Shown: positions 1 through 11,950 of the stretch, piece after piece
Layout of the letters: each line of letters starts with the position of its first letter
Numbering within the stretch: position 1 is the first letter of the stretch
Assembly: GCF_000181795.1 (NCBI RefSeq)
Contig: NW_003526944.1
Coordinates: forward strand, 1,962,848-1,992,212
Direction: 5' to 3'
Length of the DNA: 29,365 bases
Origin: Trichinella spiralis
Taxonomy: Eukaryota
Notes under the pieces: generated by a model
The model's input: the letters and a program-made list of their open reading frames with translations, nothing else
Told to the model about the DNA's origin: nothing
Databases searched by the model: none
Position numbers and translations under genes: made by a program

Positions 1-2592
1 ACATACGTCAGTTTAAACAAGAAATGGAATCGACAAACCAATGGTCAACGGCCGTTCCAGAAGCACCATTTTCACCAGAACGAGGCGGCTATCCGTACCA
101 GCACGAAATGCATACAGCCGGTGAGTGGGAAAGAGAATAGTACTTGATTTTTTTTTCAAACTCTTTCAGCGAAGAAACAAAAAGTGGAAGGAAAATTTGT
201 TATTTTCTTTTTTTTGTTCTTCGTCTATTCGAACAATTTTCCCCAAAATAATGTCAAACATAACAATATTAATAATTAATAAATAAATAAGGAATAGCAG
301 CCGATTCAAATTGTACAGACAAAACCGATACAGTGGATCAACAACTACCGACGATCACAGACACAACAGATTCCCACTCGGATTCGGATACACTGTTGGA
401 CGACAACAACAAAGATGCTGAATGGGGTTTGGATGAAAAATGCCTTTCACAAAGCGACGCGTCAGTTTCTTTGCTGGGCAAAGAAGTCCACGATGCGATA
501 GCCGGAAAAAATGCGACCTCGGACCACCTGAAACCGGCGCCACGGCGCCAGAAAAGCACAACCGATTACAGTAATCCTTTTGCACAAATCGACAATCAAG
601 TAGTAACAGCCAGCGACATCGTCTGCGCCCATTTGACTCTTTACCAGCGAGGAGGTAAAAATTGGGTAAATTGCCAACAACTGCAAATTTCTTTCGGTGA
701 TGGTCGACTTCGGTTCAGTTATTGTAAAAGAAAAAAGTTACAACTTCCCCCTGTTTCTCCAAACAATCAATTTCATTACACTTTCGTGCATGTTTTGCTT
801 TCGGTTTCCATATTTAAATTTTCCAACATGATTTTATGAATTGATGAATATGAAAGAAAACAAAAAAAATTTTTTTTTCTTTTCAAATAACAGGAAGTAG
901 AACAGTTGGTGCTTATGTGCCGAGAAGAGGGCGTGGTGTGTTGAAGCAAATTGGAGAAAGTCTACGCATCCCGGTCTGCGAAGCATGCCACCGTGAAATA
1001 AGGTATTACTTGTGTGTGTGTGTTGCTGTTGAGGTGAAAAGTGAAAAGTCGTCTTTTTCAAGAGGTCCATTTGTGCTGGCGCTTGGAAAATCCTGGTGTC
1101 CGGATCATTTTGTGTGCTCGCATCCCGAGTGTCGCCGTAAACTGCTCGACGTTGGCTTTGTCGAAGAGGGCGGCTTCATCTATTGTGAATTTTGCTTTGA
1201 ACGTTACTTAGCTCCAAGCTGTTTCAAATGCAATCGATCAATTGTGGGGGTAAAGTTGTTCGACTGATTAATTAATTACTCGTGTTGTTTTTGAAAATTT
1301 GAAATTTGAAAACAATTCTAGGATTGCCTGACGGCATTGGACCGAAAATGGCATCCGGAATGTTTCTGCTGCGCTCATTGTCATAAACCGTTTGGCAATT
1401 CTTGCTTTTTTCTCGAAGATGGAAAACCATACTGTGAACAAGGTAACAAACGATTGCAAAAAAATGTATTATTCGATTATTTCTATTTTTCCTGTATTTT
1501 CTGACAGATTGGAATACACTTTTCACAACTAAATGCTGCGCATGCCAATTTCCTATTGAAGCTGGCGATCGATGGGTTGAAGCCTTGGGCAATGCGTACC
1601 ATTCGAATTGCTTCACTTGCACGGTAAGTGGATACTTTACAATTTTCCCCACACACGCACACAGAACGAGTGAAAATCTACATTGCGAAATAAAACACGC
1701 GCCTCTACACGAGCTGAGCATCACGAAACGAGTGCAAAAATTGTTAAGTAAACATGTAAATCACACAAAAGAACGGGACGAACATTCGGTGAATAACTTC
1801 GAATAATAAAAGCAAACCATTTTCTATGTCGGCTTTAATGGATATTGGCAAAAGCAAGCGGAGCATATTTAAGCAAGTTTCGTAAATGTAAAAATTTTGA
1901 AACAAAGAAAACAAACCTTCTTCAATTAACATGATGAAACATGCTATAATAGTCGATCATCGTAGGGAATTTAAAAAAAATTATCCAACCAAAGAATGAA
2001 AGGAAGACTTTTTTTTTATTGTTTCAAAACTGATATAAATTCAACTTTTTCCAACATAAATTATTATTATTATTTGAAATTGATTCGTCTCATAGTCTCA
2101 TAGACGCGATTGTTATATTTCAATTGCCAAACAGTTCGAGTTAGAAATAATTTCAACGACAAAGAGAAGAATAATTTTTGAACGTAAAATTCTCTTACCT
2201 TGATTCCATAATAAACAGACAATAAATGACGTGTGTAGAAGAGGAAAATGCGTTGAAAATTAGAAAAGAATAATTTCCGCGCAATGGTTTTTCAGCAATG
2301 GTTTGAATTCACAGCAAATCAAACGCAAATAAATTTCACCGTATGACCAATAATGATTTTCACGAGTTAATTAAGAAAAGATGTAATTTGGGAAATCAAT
2401 TGATCATTTGAACAGAAAACAAACGATATTGAAATGAATATTCATTTAATGGAAAAACTTTTACGTGTGGTTTGCTTAAATGTCAAATGAAATGTTACAT
2501 GTCTGTTTGCGTTGCAGGTATGCATGAAGAATTTGGAAGGGGAAAATTTCTACATTAAAGGCAATCGACCATACTGTAAAGCGCACGCGTGA
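1..2592 (+). CDS. alp-1: 3' part of an ALP/Enigma-family PDZ-LIM protein (Zasp52/LDB3/alp-1-like) with three C-terminal LIM domains; 5' end lies outside the window
   Basis: Exons <1..120, 319..654 (possibly optional), 894..1002, 1063..1249, 1322..1442, 1508..1623, 2518..2592, all GT-AG and phase-consistent. Translation [31 protein letters not shown]...[20 protein letters not shown]...[47 protein letters not shown] is the Enigma/Zasp triple-LIM tail. Confidence 0.9.
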
Positions 2593-2648
2593 ACGAATTT
2601 GTTGGCTTTGGAAAAAGTGTGTAGCTGGATGACGTGAAAATATCGAAG

Positions 2649-2669
2649 ATTATTATTATTATTATTATT
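2649..2669. repeat. (ATT)n microsatellite in the 3' UTR region
   Basis: attattattattattattatt seen directly. Confidence 0.8.
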
Positions 2670-2994
2670 GTAGAAAAATATATATATTTTTTTAAATCTT
2701 TTATCGATTACTAAAAGAACACTTTTATTGCTACTGAATGGGAATTATTATTATTATTATTTGAACGTGAAATTAATAATAATATTCAGTGCTTGTTTTG
2801 TTGTGATTAAATTGAAATGAAAACTGTAAAAGAAAGAAAGAAGAAGCAAGCGAATAAACCAAAGTGTAGGAAAAATGTTTCTACTGTTTTATTTATTATT
2901 TCAATTGAAGAAGAAATAAAGAAGTTTGAGATTTAACAATAATAATAATAATGAAAAGTTGTGTTAAATTGAGAAATTTCAACCAATCAATTCG

Positions 2995-4293
2995 TTAAAA
3001 AACAACCCTAGTTAAGGATGGACAATTTCTCCTCACTCGAGAGAGCAAATCGTCACGAAGATACATGTGATCTTTTCTCTGGGGCACGCAACCCACAACG
3101 ATCAACGATTTCAACGTATTCGACTTCAGATACCCCCAAATGAACCAGCTATTTGAGGTATACGAGACATCGAGTTCGAGGAGATTTTCAAATTTATGAC
3201 AATTTTCGATCACTTCCATGGCCAAATCGGAATTTCGTTCGGTACCGACTTTTTTCAACTTTGGCAATCGAATCATTGTCATCACAGGAGATTCCAATTC
3301 GTGTGGACAATTGTCAAAAATCGACAATTCTTCCAAAGTCGACGATAAATTTTCAACAATCTCTTCCAACACAGAATCAGTGACCAAACTACCAGAAATG
3401 GACAAAACAGTAATGGACGACAAAAAATCAAAATGCAAAGCGAACGATAGCTCCAACCGCCTTCCTGACACCCTGAAATCGCTGCTGTCGATTCGAAGCC
3501 GCCGAATCGCGTCCATTTTGCACCACATCATTCCACAGATAAAATAGCCGGTGAATTTCAAAGCTAGTGATTTCAAATTTTTACAATAATTCAAAATTTC
3601 CATAATATGATCAATGTGAACGCTGCAGCCGGAAATGTCCAACGAACGCAAAGTTGGCGGCAATTGGTGAACATTTCCCAATCGAATTTGACGATTGTCG
3701 CGCAAATTCAACGTTTCCAAACGATTCCAACTACGCAAAACAGTGAACAATATCGAATCGTCGAGCGGTCCTCGGCCGCGAACAATCGCCTTCACCATGG
3801 AGAGATGCTTCAACGACGGCGTCAATTGGGCCAACTGTTCAAGCCACTGCATGCTAACCACTTCACCATTCAAGCATAAACTTTCCAAATTGTGGCATTT
3901 TTCCAAAATTGCATATTGAAAATTAATTTTCGACGACGCGCATCCCACGGAACCGAAATTCGACAAATCCAAATGTTTCAACATCGGGCCGACACGTTCG
4001 ATGACCTTCTTCAATAGAAAATCGTACTTGTAACTGAAAAACTTCGACACTCTCGAATCGTCTTTCAAATTCAAGTCCATCAATTTCAACGACCGCATCT
4101 GTCGCCAAAACATGCCAGTTATTCCAGACAAACGTACGCAAGTATTTTCCAAACGAAGCACACTCCTCGCACTGAGGTATGAACAAATTAACAATAGCAC
4201 ATCGTCGGGAAGATCCAACAAATTTCTAGGAGAATATCTCTGACTGCAAGCTGAAATGGAAATTTTATTTTTTTTTTGAAAAAAATTACTCAT
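2995..4293 (-). CDS. F-box / leucine-rich-repeat protein (FBXL-type SCF substrate receptor)
   Basis: F-box LLDLPDDVLLLICSYLSARSVLRLENTCVRL followed by many LxxLxL repeats (LKHLDLSN, LESLCLNG, LETLNLRDN, LRSLDISGC, LLELDVSY), ending CPSLTRVVF*. Start is uncertain: ATG at 4293, with a possible in-frame 39-nt intron 4251..4289 or an upstream exon. Confidence 0.85.
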   Translation of the reverse strand: MSNFFQKKNKISISACSQRYSPRNLLDLPDDVLLLICSYLSARSVLRLENTCVRLSGITGMFWRQMRSLKLMDLNLKDDSRVSKFFSYKYDFLLKKVIERVGPMLKHLDLSNFGSVGCASSKINFQYAILEKCHNLESLCLNGEVVSMQWLEQLAQLTPSLKHLSMVKAIVRGRGPLDDSILFTVLRSWNRLETLNLRDNRQIRLGNVHQLPPTLRSLDISGCSVHIDHIMEILNYCKNLKSLALKFTGYFICGMMWCKMDAIRRLRIDSSDFRVSGRRLELSFALHFDFLSSITVLSISGSLVTDSVLEEIVENLSSTLEELSIFDNCPHELESPVMTMIRLPKLKKVGTERNSDLAMEVIENCHKFENLLELDVSYTSNSWFIWGYLKSNTLKSLIVVGCVPQRKDHMYLRDDLLSRVRRNCPSLTRVVF

Positions 4294-5606
4294 TCTTCGG
4301 GGACAAATATAGGAACAAATGAAAAAAAAAAGAAAAAAGAGATAGAATTGGCAAATTTCAAACAAATCCAACGCTGCTGCTCGAAAACGACGTGCCGTTG
4401 ATGTTGTTGTTCGGATGACGTCACTGAGCAACGAGCGCAAGATAATAGAATATGCAATATAGAAATGAACAACTCACGACACAATGGAACAGAATTTGCA
4501 GAATAGTAGAAAAAATAATTTTCAAAAATTTAAATTAATACGAAAAAACATATACAAACTTGGATATTTCACTTCGGTGTGGACGTTAGGCAATTTCGAA
4601 TCCATCGCGTGCAAATTTCAAACAAGAACAGCAATATTCGACAATATTCTTCGACTGCTACTACTACTACTACGATTCTTACTGTGATGGTAAATTTTCG
4701 ATTGGATCAAAATGACCATCAGGTAATTGGTTGACGTGAAAAAATGGTTTTATACATCGACGACAGGTAAAGTTGAAAATTGGCGAAAAAATTTCAGAAG
4801 TAACAAAAAAAATTATACTAATAATTCTGCTGTTCTTGTGACGACGCTCAATTTGGCATTTTCGTTTCCGACGGATCATAAAAACTGGTTTTCTACTTTT
4901 TCCACCAAATCTGTCTTTCGAGTAGTTAATGATGTGATAACCAGGTGAAAATAGAGGAGGATAGTCGACCCCTACCTAACGTGACCTATTTTTATTGTAA
5001 AATGTTAAACTAAAATTCAAATTGACTTACGACTGTAGAATCAAAATCGTTCATTAAGCCTTATTGAACTAGTGGGATTTTGTGAAAATTTAAAATATTT
5101 TATACACATTTGAAACAAAAATTGTGCAAACATTCAAACCTGAGTATCGGATACGACAGAACAAAAATGTTGTGACGTAACATCGGCTAGCAATAGTTCA
5201 ATTGTTATTCCGCTTTATCATTGCCGTTTGTTTCACTTCAGCATTTTAATTGTTGTTCTTCGTTCTATCTGAATCAAATTTTGCTATCAAAACAAAAAAT
5301 CCTATCAACAATAAATTCATTCAAAACATCCACATTGAACAATGAAAATTTTTAATTCTTAAATAATTGAATGTAATCTTAAATATTTTCTTATTCGAGC
5401 AATTTCTTCCTCTCTATAATGCTTAAAGTGGTGCACTGGACAAAAAAAATGTCGCTCTTTTCTTAATCTTACTGTAGCGCATTTTCTAACCGTTATAACG
5501 ACAAACTGTCGAGAAATGAACTAGAGTAAATTACAAATTTTAATCAAACCAAATCTACTACCAAATCCACCAGAAGCAATGGAAAAAGCATGCATGGATT
5601 GCTTCA

Positions 5607-7316
5607 TCACGTGGGCCGATCTTCTTCAATTCGCTGAAAAAAACAGAACCGTTACAATCAACATAACATGTATGAGAAGAAAGAAAAAATATTTTACCTC
5701 TACTCTTCCGCCCGAAATGCCCGATGGAACGTTGACAATGTTCTGCAAGAATGGTTCCACAGCGTCGTCATCGTAAACAATAAATGGTGTTCCTTCTCCG
5801 ACAACAGCCAATGATGTATTCTGAAACAGAAACGAAAAATATGCTGCATTTAATCCAACACAAAAACAGCTCAAAACTTACTTTTTTAGACAAGCTGAGT
5901 TCATTTGGAAGTGTTTCGCGAAGTGCAATCAAAGCGTGCTCGATCAAACTGTTCAAATTCGCTAAAATAAACATTATTTCGACGTAAAATAATAAAAATT
6001 CACATAATTCCATTTTTCAAAAAAAAACTAATTAACATAAACTGATTGAAATAAAAATCTCACTGTTTGTAATTTCGGAAAGATGTTTCTCCAAGTATGT
6101 ACGTGCACTTTGAGATCGAGCTCCCATTGCCATCGCTTTACAATCGTACACATTAGCGCTTGGACAGCTTTGATAAATGTGCGGTCCGAAATTCTAAATG
6201 AAATATTCTTTTCACAGTCTCAACAAATGTAATAATAATCAACTGCCCTATTACATCATAACCGACAATGAGCAAGCCTACTCCGAATGGACGTCGGCCA
6301 TAGCGTTGCGTGTTCACTTGCATTTCTGTACAAATAGAAACACTTTTATCAATAGTTTCGACAAAATTGATGACAAAAAAATAAACAAATAAATTACTCA
6401 GCTCCAATCGGTGGGTTATCTCTGACAGTGGAATTGGCTGTCCATAAGTCCAACGCCAATTCAGACATTCGCTGTGTAAAAATCGCCTAAAACACAAATA
6501 ATCTCAAACACACATGCAAATTAATCTACAGAATAAAACAAACGCTAAAAGTCGCCCATCAGAAAGTAAACCAGAAATTGAAATTCCAAGATGCTCGTCT
6601 AAGCTGTATATTTTCTTCTGATAGCCAGAAAGTTCGTTTGGACTTCTCTAAACAGTGAAGAAAAATGACTGATGAATGAATATCAGAAACAATTGAACTT
6701 TCAAATGTAATCAAGTTTGAACATTAAAAAAATGTAAATGTACGCACAACATGTAAAAGTAAAGATTAAATGATCATTTACTTTCAATGCTGTAATAACG
6801 ACATGTGTTTTATTTTTCACCGAAACCGTCGCCGATCCTTCGTTGACAGCTTTAACAGCATATTCGATTTGATGAATACGACCCTGAAATAAAAAGTATG
6901 AAATAAGCAATTTACAAGTATCGTTGTTCAATCGATGGAAACAGCTTTAGAATGGATCTTTGATATGTAAAAACAGCAATCAAACTTCAAAGTTAATCAT
7001 CGAATTCACACATACAAAAAGAATAAATCTAACACTGAAAGTATAACATTTCAAAATCAGATTTGAGCAAGTAAGTGAAAATAGATTTCAGTAATATTTA
7101 CTGAACAAAAACAACCCCAAAACAAAAGTACATACTGAGTTATGAAAAAGTCAGTGCAAATTACAAATTGATCATTGTTCATCAATTCATACTCACCTGA
7201 GGACTCCATATAGTGACATCGCCGTCGTATTGATTTCGAAACTGAAAAAATAAAATAATAACAGTTTAAAACGATGCACTTGCAAAAAAAAGCAATATTT
7301 CTCATTTCATTACCAT
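5607..7316 (-). CDS. PSMA1: 20S proteasome subunit alpha type-1 (alpha6), 257 aa, 10 coding exons
   Basis: Exons 7314..7316 (ATG only), 7197..7241, 6782..6883, 6544..6647, 6398..6486, 6255..6325, 6064..6193, 5882..5961, 5698..5820, 5607..5633 (774 nt). Translation [25 protein letters not shown]...[47 protein letters not shown] is diagnostic of alpha6 (C. elegans pas-6). Confidence 0.96.
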
Positions 7317-7617
7317 GTTCGCAAAGGGAAATTCCTAGCCAAAACAGTATCAGTATTATACAGTAATGACAGAACCTGATTTTCAACAATTGCACGGTAA
7401 TATAAAATGTTTGTTTAAAAGTTATAAATTTTTTTAAAGTTATATTTAAGCGAATTTATTCATTTGAAAAAAAAACTACAATAAATTCAGATACAATAAC
7501 ATGAATGTACTACAATTTCGTTCAGTTGACATTTAGCCCATCTCGAATTTTATCGATCAAATTTATGCAAAATATTGCGAAATTTTTCCATTCGTTCAAC
7601 AGCAGTTTCAATTAAAT

Positions 7618-7623
7618 TTTATT
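7618..7623 (-). terminator. Candidate polyadenylation signal AATAAA of INTS4
   Basis: AATAAA on the minus strand ~28 nt after the INTS4 stop codon. Confidence 0.55.
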
Positions 7624-7650
7624 AATTGGAAAAGAACAATTTCGTTCTTA

Positions 7651-10600
7651 TTATTTAACGTTGAATTCATCGAAAATAGATTTCGCAGGAAGTGGTCGTC
7701 CAATGATCGTATGAGTACGAATCTGTTGTGGCTGAGGATGCAGTCGAACGAGAACGCTACGACTTGCGGTAATGGTGCGCATGCCGAGGGGCAAATTGTC
7801 GAATTCATCGGTAACTAGTACAATTTGCAAAGAAATTTCGGCCGGTTCGGTCCAGGATCGATCGTTCACCGCCACTTTGGTTCGCAAATGGTGCAACAGG
7901 GGTCGAAAGCTGTGAAAGCTTCGCAGCGGAGGAGTTCTGATGTCCACTTTGGTCGGATACGTGATTTGGATTCGAACCAATTTCAAATCGTCCTGTTCGA
8001 AACCGTGCAAATCGGCCACAACGTACATATCCGTGTAAAAGCCGGCTTGAAAAGTGATCACAGTTTGTGAAAATGAAACGGGCTTTATTATCACGGCGTA
8101 TTTTTGCATCACTTCCTCAACTGGAACGGTCAGGCAGGGCAGTTGCTCTTTCACCAATTGCAAAACATCGGCTGTGGGGCTAGTCAACAACGGCACCCCG
8201 TGCCAATCGTACTGTACCATTTTTTCGAAAATCGCGTACATCGGCGCGTCGTATATCCTGCGTGTAAATTTTTTACATGATGATTAAATTTCCAAAAAGA
8301 AAAGAAAGAAAAAACCCATACTTCAATGCACCCGAAATTAAGTCCGCTGCACAAAGTTGGTCAGGTTTAACGACGTCATCGGAATTAGGAAACAAACCGG
8401 CGTTGAATTGCATATTAGCTGCCCAAAGGAATGCGACTTGGATTTCAATATTCAAAATTGTATCGCGCCAAGTTTCATCTTCGAATTTCCACAGAAGCTT
8501 CAGTTCGAAAATGTTGAGAAACATTTTCTTCATCTTTTCGACAAACTGATGTTCAGAAAGTAAAATGACCGTTCCACTTTCCGTTTCGAGAATCAGCGAA
8601 TAGAATTCGTCGACCAAATCGACAAATCGCTTCAAAGCATCAGCTTTGCTTTTCTGTTCGGTTTCGATAAATTCCAAGCGTTGCAAATCTTTTCGGAGAA
8701 TTTGGAAAATTTCCCTACTCTGCGACAGCGAGGGGTTGTTGTTGCTGTATTCCAACAAATTTCTGCACGATGTGAAAAATTCATCGAACGTGTCAATTTC
8801 TTCTTCAAAGTGGAACATCTTCAACCTGGGCTTCACTTCCGGCTGCAAAATAATTAAATAAATAAATGATAATTTTCAAATCATTTTCAACTCTTACTCG
8901 AATCAAAGGTACGAGTTTTGGTTTCGAAGCTCTCAAATATTCATACTGTTGCCAAATGTGATGGGGAAACAACGACTGGACAGTTGGAAATTTACTAGCC
9001 GCATTCAACACCATAATCAATTTGGCCGTATCTGTTTTATATAATGTTATATAGATGGAATATGAAAAAAAATAAATAATTACAGAAAAATCATACAAAA
9101 ATTGTTGCTCAACACCGATTCAGGGTATAGAAAGATCGGATGCAAGCCCAACATCTCGGACGTCAACGGCGCCACCAAACCGGCAAGTCTTTGACCCAAC
9201 TTTTGCATACAATAGCATATCGATTCGCCGTCTTCGGCGTACGTGTTAAAGTTCTTTTCCAACGCGACGATAGCTTTTTTGACGCCAAAACACGTCTCCA
9301 AACGGCAAGTTGCCAAAACTTCCCTGGCGGCTTCACGAGCATCCGGTGACGCATCCACCAGACCCTGGCAGATAAAATTCAGCTGCTCGTCGCTGATAGT
9401 TATGTAAGGGCACAACGTTGCCAAGCTTTTCATCGCATTCAGACGAACCTCCTCGATTTCGTCGTTGAACATATCTACCAAAGGGTCGACACATTTCTGT
9501 GCAAATTCTGTGTTTTTCAAAGCCAAATCTGCCATGGATTTCACACTTGCTGCTCGAACCGCTGTAAATAGAAGAGCAAAACTGTTTTAAATAATTAAAT
9601 AAATATATATATATATGTTAACAAATATTCTCCCAACAGAATGAATATGAACTTGCCTTTGGTCTCATCTTCCAAACCTGCCACGAAAGCACCACAAGCT
9701 TCGCTCATCATCAAAGGTATGTAATTCGCATTGTACCTGTCCGTACTGGATGTGACAATTTGATTACTGCCAGTCAACAATTCCACTTTTTCCTTGCGCA
9801 TTATCTGGGAAAGAGAAAAAAAATTGAATTTGAACTGAAAAAAAAAATTTCTTTTTAATGCTTACTCGCATGCTGTCGAGAAGTTTTTTGCTCAAAGTTT
9901 GCTCCAAGAAATTGTTTCCCACTTTGTTAAATTTACCCTGAAAATTAAAACCAAATTTAGCACATCAAAATTCATATCACTTATGAAACTTACCAACAGC
10001 TTGGCCGCCTCAAGTCGAACAGACGCGTGACCAGCCTGCATGGCGTAGCAAACGCGAGAAAAAGCATCATTCATCATTGAAATTTGTACTTGATCATCCT
10101 CTATCGATACCATTCTGAAATGAGAAGAGAAATCTGAACGACCAAATCAATAAATGATGAAATGCATGAAAATCCATACTCATCTGAATACATGCTTCCG
10201 AAAATATGCAAAAGGTGTAACGCATGTCTTTGCACTTTATCTTCTTCATCTTGAGACAGTTTAATGGCATCGTCATAACGTTCCAAATCCAAGCGCACAC
10301 CACATTGATAAAGTGTTATCTGAAATTACAACTGAAACTAAAACGCACCAAAAAACCATCATTTCACATAATTCATGACAAAACTGAGTTGAACAAAACT
10401 CAAAATGAAAGAAATTTTTTCTCAACAACTCACCAAACCATCGACGCACGCTTCTCGAACATTCGCACTGACGTCGTCGGTATGCTTCCACAACAACTTT
10501 ACCAAATGATCTTGCAAATCATCTTCCTCTGTTTTCATCAAATCATCCAATGAACTAGGTTTATCCCGATTGATGACAATAGTCACTAATGTCTGCAAAC

Positions 10601-11689
10601 AGGCAGCACGAACTGGTGACAAACCAGAACTGCCAAGTAGCTGAAACAATCAACAGAATATATATGTATATGTAAATTTTTCAAAATTGAATAACTTCCA
10701 AACCTCCAACAACAACGTCACTGTTTCATCGCTGGTGGTAGATCGACCAGCGTTGAAAGAGACCAATATACAAAATATTTGTACAAAAATTGCCTCGCAT
10801 TCGCCGTACTGCTTGAGTTGAATGTACATCATTAAACTTTGCACGGCCTGATCAACTGCTCGCGTTGAAAAGGTACAATTTTCCACCAACTGTTGAATAA
10901 ATCCACACATCGACGGGTCGGTGACTCTATTCAACGTTTCTATACAGCAGATCAACAGTTCATCCGCGTCTTCTTCGACAAAATTGTCATCAATTCGTTT
11001 CAATGCCTAAAATTGATAATACAAAACTATAATTGGAACATTCCATTTTGTACAACATTATAGGAAAATAAGTTGACCTTACAAAAACTATTAAAAATAA
11101 AATAATATTATTTTTAAAACATGTTTCCTTTTTCTAAATACCTGTTCAGCGATATCAATTTCTCCATTCCTTATGCCATAAAGCAGATCTTTGAAAGCGG
11201 TATGAAAAGTTAAGCCAGATTCTGGTCCCAGGTGAGAACTGACCTAAATGTATCAATTTAGTTGATTATTATTTATTACAAAAATCACAATAATTGTATG
11301 CATAAAGAATAAAATACAAATATATAAATTTAAAAGAAACATTATGTTTTGTAAAAAATAATAAAAACTCACTGCTGAAGTATCAAAATATCTGAAAATA
11401 TCATCAAAATCTGTTGCTCTTTTTCGAGTTCTCAATGAACTGACCGTCGGAGTATCGTACGGTTCCTTAAATTCCAAAAAAAAACAAAATATTAAACTTT
11501 AACAACCAATAAATAGCATACCTCCAATTTTGCATAGCCGAAAAGAAAACGAATATATTCACTACGCTTCAACAAGTGTATTGACTTTTTTTCCGTTTTC
11601 AAACTAGCCTAAAATAAATATTTGCAAAATCATATGAAAGAAAAAAGAAATCAGCTTACCGTTGTTTGTTCGCTTGTTGTCGAGCTCAT
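7651..11689 (-). CDS. INTS4: Integrator complex subunit 4 (HEAT-repeat scaffold of the cleavage module), ~1009 aa, 14 exons
   Basis: Exons 11660..11689, 11522..11608, 11373..11465, 11142..11243, 10704..11006, 10434..10640, 10180..10319, 9994..10114, 9866..9937, 9657..9804, 9097..9561, 8898..9031, 8322..8842, 7651..8257 (3030 nt, open frame). The segment EACGAFVAGLEDETKAVRAASV...FAQKCVDPLVDMFNDEIEEVRL matches the INTS4 signature. The first four exons rest on splice signals and frame only. Confidence 0.9.
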
Positions 11690-11705
11690 TTCACGATTAT
11701 TATTT

Positions 11706-11712
11706 CTGAATA
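11706..11712 (-). promoter_or_regulatory. Candidate trans-splice acceptor (TATTCAG) just upstream of the INTS4 ATG
   Basis: Minus strand reads CGCTTTATTCAG|AAATAATAATCGTGAAATG, preceded by a U-rich stretch. No strong consensus donor is visible between the akirin stop and this site. Confidence 0.45.
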
Positions 11713-11950
11713 AAGCGAATGGAATTCGATATAAATTACAAGTAAGAATAGCATTTCATAATAAAATCTCAGTATAATGAAAAATATCAACAAATATTAA
11801 CAATAAAAAAACAATGGGTAAAATCCGATTTCAATGATTTACTAATAGTTAAAAATCAAAGCTTTGCTAACTGAATCAGTGGCAATGGTATTTACGCAAG
11901 AATCAATCATCACTGTGGAATTTGGAAATCGTCGTATTCCAGTGGTGGGT

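Noticed and set aside
1003..1062. Stop-free in-frame 60-nt intron inside LIM1
   Set aside because: It has canonical GT-AG ends, and retention would insert 20 aa into a zinc finger. Being in frame is expected by chance for one in three introns.
4294..4440. N-terminal extension of the 481-aa F-box ORF from a TTG start
   Set aside because: Non-ATG start and poly-Phe/T-rich intron- or UTR-like composition.
7050..7190. TGATGA and several CTGA words in PSMA1 intron 2 (possible intronic snoRNA)
   Set aside because: The C box is imperfect and only ~10 nt from the donor; no terminal stem or guide could be identified. An Rfam/snoscan search would be needed to revive it.
11870..11918. GTGATGA...CTGA with a CAGTG/CACTG stem in the akirin 3' UTR (box C/D snoRNA- or SECIS-like)
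   Set aside because: Too short for a C/D snoRNA, no recognisable rRNA guide, no paired helix II for a SECIS element, and no in-frame UGA in akirin.
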